From positions 52,266,001 through 52,330,000 of the forward strand of contig OZ024741.1 in the NCBI GenBank assembly GCA_964016885.1: a stretch of DNA of 64,000 nt, written 5' to 3'. The notes under the pieces are model-generated. The model did not search any database. It worked only from the letters and a program-made list of their open reading frames with translations, and was not told the origin of the DNA. The first letter of the stretch is position 1, and every line of letters begins with the position of its first letter. A program made the translations under genes and the position numbers. This stretch comes from Eledone cirrhosa (Eukaryota). Positions 55,962-64,000 of this stretch are shown piece after piece.

Positions 55962-56010
55962 GCGATCGATCCTCTACCTCACTATTGTATATGTGTATAT
56001 ATATGTGTAT

Positions 56011-56187
<177 letters not shown>

Positions 56188-56236
56188 AGAAAGAGAGAGA
56201 GAAAGATGGAGAGAGACACACATATATACACACACA

Positions 56237-56301
<65 letters not shown>

Positions 56302-56439
56302 TGGTACACATCTACAGCGGAATCAAATTCTTCAACGTGAAATCTTGGAACTGCTCAACCGAATATATAAGTTTTATTCCAACAGTGATTTTTTTCAGCA
56401 TGAGAGACTTCTTATTCGGTCAATTATGGTTCACTAGTA

Positions 56440-56463
56440 CTGGTGCTAGTAGTAGTAGTAGTA

Positions 56464-56558
<95 letters not shown>

Positions 56559-56590
56559 AGTAGTAGTGGCGGTAGTAGTAGTAGTAGCTA

Positions 56591-56626
<36 letters not shown>

Positions 56627-57042
56627 CAGTAGTAGTAGTAGTAGTAGTAATAGTAGTAGTAGTAGTAGCTATAGTAGTGGTAGTAGTAGTGGTAGTAGTA
56701 GTAATTGTAGTAGTAGTAGTAGTAGTACTAGTAGTGGTAGTAGTAGTAGTAATTGTAGTAGTAGTAGTGGTAATAGTAGTAGTAGTAGAAGTAGTAGTAG
56801 TAGTGGTAATAGTAGTAGTAGTTGTGGTGATGGTAGTAGTAGTAGTAGTTGTAGTAGTCGTAGCAGAAGTTATAATAGTGGTAGTAGTAGTTGTAGTTGT
56901 AGTAGTGGTAGTAGTAGTAGTATTAGTGGTAGTGGTAGTAGTAGTAGTGGCAGAAATGGTAGTGGTAGTGGTGGTAGTAGAAGTTGAGGTAGTAGTGGTA
57001 GTGGCAGTAGTAATAGTCGTAGTAATAGTCGTAGTAGTAGTG

Positions 57043-57086
<44 letters not shown>

Positions 57087-57990
57087 TGTAGTAGTGTTGG
57101 TATCAGTAGTGGTTGTGGTAGTAGTAGCTGTGGTAGTAATAGTGTAGGTTAGTAGTAGTGACTGTAGTGTTGATAGTATAGTGATGGTATCAGTAGAGGT
57201 TGTTGTGGTAGTAGCTGTAGTAGTAATAGTGTAGGTTAGTAGTAGTGACTGTAGTGTTGATAGTATAGTGATGGTATCAGTAGTGGTTGTGGTAGTAGTA
57301 GCTGTGGTAGTAATAGTATAGGTTAGTAGTAGTGGTTGTAGTAGTGTTGGTATCAGTAGTGGTTGTGGTAGTAGTAGCTGTAGTAGTAATAGTATAGGTT
57401 AGTAGTAGTGACTGTAGTGTTGATAGTATAGTGATGGTATCAGTAGTGGTTGTGGTAGTAGTAGCTGTGGTAGTAATAGTATAGGTTAGTAGTAGTGACT
57501 GTAGTGTTGATAGTATAGTGATGGTATCAGTAGTGGTTGTGGTAGTAGTAGCTGTGGTAGTAATAGTATAGGTTAGTAGTAGTGACTGTAGTGTTGATAG
57601 TATAGTGATGGTATCAGTAGTGGTTGTGGTAGTAGTAGCTGTGGTAGTAATAGTATAGGTTAGTAGTAGTGACTGTAGTGTTGATAGTATAGTGATGGTA
57701 TCAGTAGAGGTTGTGGTAGTAGTAGCTGTGGTAGTAATAGTATAGGTTAGTAGTAGTGACTTGTAGTCTTGATAGTATAGTGATGGCATCAGTAGTGGTT
57801 GTGGTAGTAGTAGCTGTGGTAGTAATAGTGTAGGTTAGTAGTAGTGACTGTAGTGTTGATAGTATAGTGATGGTATCAGTAGAGGTTGTTGTGGTAGTAG
57901 TTCTAGTAAAGGTTGTTGTAGTTGTATTAATAGTGTTGGTAGTAGTAGTGGTAGAGGTGGTAAGGGTGTTAGTTGTAGTGGTAGTAGTAT
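56440..57990. repeat. (TAG)n microsatellite grading into an 87 bp minisatellite (about 9 units, 57090-57900)
   Basis: Unit translates as the 29-aa repeat TITTTATTTTTTTDTITILSTLQSLLLTY. Confidence 0.92.
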
Positions 57991-58174
57991 TAATGGTTCA
58001 TGTAGGATGATAATGATGATGACGATGGTGATGATGATGATGATGATCTTGATGCTGATGGTGATGTTGATGGTGGTGGTAATGTTGATGATGGTGATGT
58101 TGATGGTGGTGATGATGTCGGATGAAGTAGAACTTCAATAGGATGTAAAAATGCTATCCCTGTAATTTCAGCTG

Positions 58175-61100
58175 CCGTTGTTGTTGTTGTTGTTATAGTT
58201 GTTACTGTTGTTGTCAGTGTTGTTGTTGACGTCATTGTTGTTGTTACTGTTGTTGTTGTTGTTGTTACTGTTGTTGCTGTTGTTGTCAGTGTTGTTGTTG
58301 ACGTCATTGTTGTTGTTACTGTTGTTGTTGTTGTTGTTGTTACTGTTGTTGCTGTTGTTGTCAGTGTTGTTGTTGACGTCATTGTTGTTGTTACTGTTGC
58401 TGTTGTTGTTGTTACTGTTGTTGCTGTTGTTGTCAGTGTTGTTGTTGACGTCATTGTTGCTGTTGTTGTTGCTGTTGTTGTTGTTACAGCAGATGTTACC
58501 GTTGATATCATTACTGTTGTTGTTGTTATTGCAGCAGCTGTATTTGTTGTCATAGCTTTTCTTTTTTCTTTTTTACTGTTGTTGTTACTGTTGTTGTTAC
58601 TGTTGTTACTGTTGTTGTTACTGTTGTTGTTACTGTTGTTGTTACTGTTGTTGTTGCTGTTGTTGTTACTGTTGTTGTTACTGTTGTTGTTGCTGTTGTT
58701 GTTACTGTTGTTGTTACTATTGTTGTTACTGTTGTTACTGTTGTTGTTACTGTTGTTGAAACTGTTGTTGTTACTGTTGTTACTGTTGTTGTTACTGTTG
58801 TTGTTACTGTTGTTGTTACTGTTGTTGTTACTGTTGTTGTTACTGTTGTTGTTGCTGTTGTTACTGTTGTTGTTACTGTTGTTACTGTTGTTATTACTGT
58901 TGTTGTTACTGTTGTTACTGTTGTTGTTACTGTTGTTGTTGCTGTTGTTGTTACTGTTGTTGTTACTGTTGTTACTGTTGTTGTTACTGTTGTTGTTACT
59001 GTTGTTGTTACTGTTGTTACTGTTGTTGTTACTGTTGTTGTTACTGTTGTTGCTGTTGTTGTTACTGTTGTTGTTACGGTTGTTGTTACTGTTGTTGTTA
59101 CTGTTGTTGTTACTGTTGTTGTTAATGTTGTTGTTACTGTTGTTGTTGCTGTTGTCGTTACTGTTGTTACTGTTGTTGTTACTGTTGTTGTTACTGTTGT
59201 TGTTACTGTTGTTGTTGCTGTTGTTTTTGCTGTTGTTGTAGCTGTTGTTACTGTTGTTTTTACGGTTGTTGTTACTGTTGCTACTGTTGTTGTTACTGTC
59301 GTTGTTACTGTTGTTGTTGCTGTTGTTGTTACTGTTGTTGTTACTGTTGTTGTTACTGTTGTTACTGTTGTTGTTACTGTTGTTGTTACTGTTGTTACTG
59401 TTGTTGTTACTGTTGTTGTTACTGTTGTTGTTACTGTTGTTGTTACTGTTGTTATAACTGTTGTTGTTACTGTTGTTGTTACTGTTGTTACTGTTGTTAC
59501 TGTTGTTGTTACTGTTGTTGTTACTTTTGTTGTTACTGTTGTTGTTGCTGTTGTTGTTACTGTTGTTGTTACTGTTGTTACTGTTGTTACTGTTGTTGTT
59601 ACTGTTGTTGTTACCGTTGTTGTTACTGTGGTTGTTATTGTTGTTGTTACTGTTGTTGTTACTGTGGTTGTTATTGTTGTTGTTACTGTTGTTGTTACTG
59701 TTGTTGTTACTGTTGTTGTTATTGTTGTTGTAGCTGTTGTTACTGTTGTTGTTACTGTTGTTGTTACTGTTGTTGTTACTGTTGTTATTATTGTTGTTGT
59801 TACTGTTGTTGTTACTGTTGTTGTTACTGTTGTTGTTATTGTTGTTGTTATTGTTGTTGTTACTGTTGTTGTTATTGTTGTTGTTACTGTTGTTGTTATT
59901 GTTGTTGTAGCTGTTGTTACCGTTGTTGGTACTGTTGTTACTGTGGTTGTTACTGTTGTTGTTACTGTTGTTGTTACTGTTGTTGTTACTGTTGTTGTTA
60001 TTGTTGTTGTAGCTGTTGTTACTGTTGTTGTTACTGTTGTTGTTATTGTTGTTGTAGCTGTTGTTACTGTTGTTGTTACTGTTGTTGTTACTGTTGTTGT
60101 TACTGTTGTTGTTACTGTTGTTATTATTGTTGTTGTTACTGTTGTTGTTACTGTTGTTGTTACTGTTGTTGTTACTGTTGTTGTTATTGTTGTTGTTGCT
60201 GTTGTTGTTATTGTTGTTGTAGCTGTTGTTACTGTTGTTGTTACTGTTGTTGTTACTGTTGTTGTTATTGTTGTTGTAGCTGTTGTTACTGTTGTTGTTA
60301 CTGTTGTTGTTATTGTTGTTGTAGCTGTTGTTACTGTTGTTGTTACTGTTGTTGTTACTGTTGTTGTTACTGTTGTTATTATTGTTGCTGTTACTGTTGT
60401 TGTTACTGTTGTTTTTACTGTTGTTTGTTACTGTTGTTGTTGCTGTTGTTGTTGGTGTTGTTGTTACTGTTGTTGTTACTGTTGTTGTTACTTTTGTTGT
60501 TGCTGTTGTTGTTACTGTTGTTGTTACTGTTGTTGTTGCTGTTGTTGTTGCTGTTGTTGTTGCTGTTGTTGTTACTGTTGTTGTTACTGTTGTTTGTTAC
60601 TGTTGTTGTTGCTGTTGTTGTTGCTGTTGCTGTTACTGTTGTTGTTACTGTTGTTGTTGCTGTTGTTGTTGCTGTTGTTGTTACTATTGTTGTTACTGTT
60701 GTTGTTGCTGTTGTTGTTGGTGTTGTTGTTACTGTTGTTGTTACTGTTGTTGTTACTGTTGTTGTTACTGTTGTTGTTACTGTTGTTGTTGCTGTTGTTG
60801 TTACTGTTGTTGTTGCTGTTGTTGTTACTGTTGTTGTTGCTGTTGTTGTTACTGTTGTTGTTACTGTTGTTACTGTTGTTGTTACTGTTGTTGTTACTTT
60901 TATTGTTACTGTTGTTGTTACTGTTGTTGTTACTGTTGTTGTTACTGTTATTATTGTTGCTGTTACTGTTGTTGTTACTGTTGTTGTTACTGTTGTTCTT
61001 ACTGTTGTTATGCAACCTTTGTTCTTGTTTCTCTTATTGTATCCATCAACATCTGTTGCTGTTGCTATTGTTGCTACACTTCCAGCTGTTCTTGCTATTG

Positions 61101-61338
61101 CAATTGTTACTGTTGTTGTTGTTATTGCTGTTATTGTTATTCTTGCAGATGTTACAGTTATTCCTACTGCTAGATTTGTTGTTTTTGCTGTTATTGTAGT
61201 AGTAATAGTAGTAGTAGTAACAGTAGTAGTAGTAGTAGTAGTCGTAGTAGTCGTAGTAGTAGTAGTAGTAGTAGTAGTAACAGTATTAGTAGTAGTACTA
61301 GTAGTAGTAGTAGTAGTAACTGTAGTAGTAGTAGTAAC

Positions 61339-61370
<32 letters not shown>

Positions 61371-61371
61371 C

Positions 61372-61450
<79 letters not shown>

Positions 61451-61460
61451 GTAGTAATTA
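58175..61460. repeat. (GTT)n/(GTTGTTGTTACT)n satellite followed by (GTA)n
   Basis: Direct reading. Confidence 0.95.
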
Positions 61461-61480
61461 CTGTAGCTGTTCTAAAAGTA

Positions 61481-61710
61481 TAAAGTCTTTCTCGAGCACG
61501 GAGACTCATCAGGCCGGTCCTAACCCCAGTTTCATGGCGTGAAGAAACTGAGAGTACAAGACTACACCCTGGACAGGACGCCAGTCTATTGCAGGATTAA
61601 ATCCCCGAGCTATTGCTGGTACTCATTATCAGCTGAGTACACTGGAGCAACGTGAAATAAAGTGTCCTGCTCAAGAACAGAACACACAACCCTGTCCAGG
61701 AATCAAACCC
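61481..61710 (-). mobile_element. SINE family 2 (B-box, ttcttgagcaggacact core, V-SINE-like cctgcaatagactggcgtcctgtccaggg segment)
   Basis: Minus-strand motifs; V-domain similarity is from memory. Confidence 0.6.
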
Positions 61711-62316
61711 AGCTGTTGCTGAGGTTGTTATGTTGAGTTTGTTACACTTGTTGTTGTTGCTGTTGTTGTTGCTGTTGTTGCTGTTGTCACTGCAATTGTT
61801 CCTGTTGTTGTTGTTGTCTCTACAGCTGTTGCTATTGCTGTTGTTGTTCTTAATACCACTGCAGCTTTAAACTGTTGCTCACAGAGAATTTGTCCAATGG
61901 ACGATATATGATTAATTAGCAGAACATAGGCCGCCAGTTATAAAGTAAGTAGGCCACGTGATGTGGAAGGACGAAAGCCGTAGACAGTGATGCATACACA
62001 CATAGACAGATAGATAGATACATACATACATATACATAAATCATTGACAGTCTCACAGATACGAACATGCGAACATACACAACGGAGAGAGAGGGGGGGG
62101 GGAGATAAGTGACTGAATAAGATGAGGGAGAAAAAGAGAAAGAAAGAGAGAAAGAGATAGAAAAGTGGAAGATGTAGGTGTGACAGAGAAAGTGCAAGAG
62201 GGAGAGATGGAGAGAGGTGGGTGGGAGATAAGTGACCGAATAAGAAGATTAGGGAGAAAAAGAGAAAGAGAGAAAGAGAGAGAGAAGTAGAAAGAGAGAG
62301 ATAGAAGGAGAGAGAG

Positions 62317-62403
<87 letters not shown>

Positions 62404-62815
62404 AGTGAGAGAAGAAGAGCGTGTGACAGAGAGGGAAGAGAGAAAGTGCATTGGGAATAGTTTTAGTGATATGATTATCCAGCGTGACATTGTTCGGTAA
62501 AATAGATTCGTGAATAAGAAAACAAAATGCCTGGAAATGTGAAGTTGTGACTTTAATGCCACGTCACGTCACGTCAAACACACATGGCGGATATAGCTTG
62601 ATGACGTCTGTCACCCAAGTACCAGTAATTAGAAGTTTAGTTATTGTTATGCATGCGGGGATATTTTTGGGTATAGTACCGAGCAGTGTGATTAGTTAGC
62701 GTGATGCGTATGGTGCTAGGTGTATGGACGGTATATATATATATTCGTGGATAGCGTTGGATTGGAGTCATTTTGTCCGGAATTATGGTATATATGGAAG
62801 CGCATACAGTCATAG

Positions 62816-62865
<50 letters not shown>

Positions 62866-62927
62866 AATATTTCACTCTACATGGCTAACTACAATAAATG
62901 TAATTTGAGTTTTTCGAATATTAATAA

Positions 62928-63108
62928 TTGTTTCTACTTTTGGCACAAGGCCAGCAATTATCCCAGTGCATTACTGGTACTTTATTTTCGACCCCGTAAG
63001 GATGAAAGGCAAAGTAAACGTCGGCGGGATTTGAACTCAGAATGGCAAGGGCCGTAATTCTATGCGTCAAAACATGGCGTCAGACCCTCCTCCGATACTG
63101 CCAATCTA
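62928..63108 (-). mobile_element. SINE family 1 copy
   Basis: Reverse complement of 12660-12837. Confidence 0.88.
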
Positions 63109-63115
63109 CAATAAC

Positions 63116-63473
63116 ATTCGATTCGTTTGCAATTATGCAAACAAGCCTCAATTTTATAGCTATGTCAGTAGAATGAACACTTCATCTTGCTTTTGTGTTG
63201 GCATGCGAACAGAACTGCAGAAACACAGTGGATCTGCTAATATGCGGATCAGCCAGTCTGCTAATATGCAAATCAGGCTGATCAGTCACTGTGTATTTTT
63301 GAAAATAGCATATATTTTCACTAGCTCTGACAGTTTGGCAGATGAACAGTGAGCTGTACTGATGAAGGGTGATACCCAGAAACATTAGTGTCTGCAGCTC
63401 CTTTCGCATGCCAACACAAGAGCACATGGCTATAAAATTGAGGCTTGTTTGTATAATTGCAAACGAATCGAAT
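63116..63473. mobile_element. MITE-shaped element with long inverted ends that contains a hammerhead (PLE-type fold-back)
   Basis: 63116-63167 mirrors 63423-63473; 63188-63226 mirrors 63388-63424. Confidence 0.8.
63351..63400 (+). ncRNA. Type I hammerhead ribozyme, intact core
   Basis: gagctgta-CTGATGA-a gggt gat accc a-GAAA-cat ta gtg-TC-tgcagctc; 8 bp stem I, GUC site. Confidence 0.9.
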
Positions 63474-63569
63474 TTTATTATTAATATTCGAAAAACTCAG
63501 ATTACATTTATATATATATATATATATATATATGAGGTGGCAACATGAAGGGACCTGTTACTTTTATTT

Positions 63570-63600
<31 letters not shown>

Positions 63601-63848
63601 AAGAAGAAGAAGAAGAAGAAGAAGAAAGCAAGAAGGGGGGGGGTCTCATCAGTTGTCTACTGGGGGTCTCTTCAATAACTATGCCTGTAAAAAACATTAT
63701 ATTTTCTCTTCCACATTGACTTTTATGCACTACATTATGCACGATTTTTTCCTTTTTCTTTTTTTTTTCACTTCTTAAACCTTGTTTGTATATAACATTA
63801 TTCTGCACCTTCTGTTTAACATGTGCGACACCACACCAATACATTTCA

Positions 63849-63890
63849 CTATCATTTGATAATGCATAAAAATGCTGAAACCGGTAATAG
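63849..63890 (+). ncRNA. Probable hammerhead with U3-A8 core and weak stem I
   Basis: ctatcat-TTGATAA-t gcat aaaa atgc t-GAAA-ccgg-TA-atag. Confidence 0.55.
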
Positions 63891-64000
63891 ACAATTATTA
63901 AAAATATAAATAGATAAATAAATGCCATTGTTAAATAATAAATAAATCAACTAATACCTTAACACTTCACACAAAGTAAAACATTTCGTTTTAATCATTT

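Noticed and set aside
57090-57900. Regular repeat arrays (also 10595-11200) as CRISPR-like
   Set aside because: No unique spacers, no cas genes, eukaryotic context; they are minisatellites
61495-61545. gaaac...ctgatgag on the minus strand as a type II hammerhead
   Set aside because: Stems I and III do not pair; it is part of a SINE tail

Overview
AT-rich eukaryotic, microsatellite-saturated genomic DNA with no confidently identifiable host gene. The repeat content (tRNA-headed SINEs, RTE LINE, huge (TA)n/(CA)n/(TAG)n/(GTT)n/(CCAA)n tracts) suggests an invertebrate, probably a cephalopod (inference only). Almost all ORFs in the supplied track are microsatellite artefacts. The real coding content is decayed retroelements: several Penelope-like elements (PLE; RT and/or GIY-YIG), two large tandem Tx1/L1-type LINEs embedded in (TATC)n plus two fragments, an RTE LINE and a short RTE derivative. 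hAT-type MITEs and SINEs are also present. The main hidden signal, found by manual folding, is a dense set of type I hammerhead ribozymes: 9 with intact cores and about 8 decayed. They sit in PLE terminal repeats and in a ~420-430 bp non-coding, retrozyme-like repeat. These elements insert into (TA)n, form fold-back palindromes and share a short 3' motif (TTGAG-Y/G-N-C-like). Other notable items are a tRNA-headed element with PLE-like insertion anatomy, a head-to-head Tx1/PLE chimera, and apparent (GATA)n targeting by the Tx1 family. All folds and alignments were done by eye and need computational confirmation.
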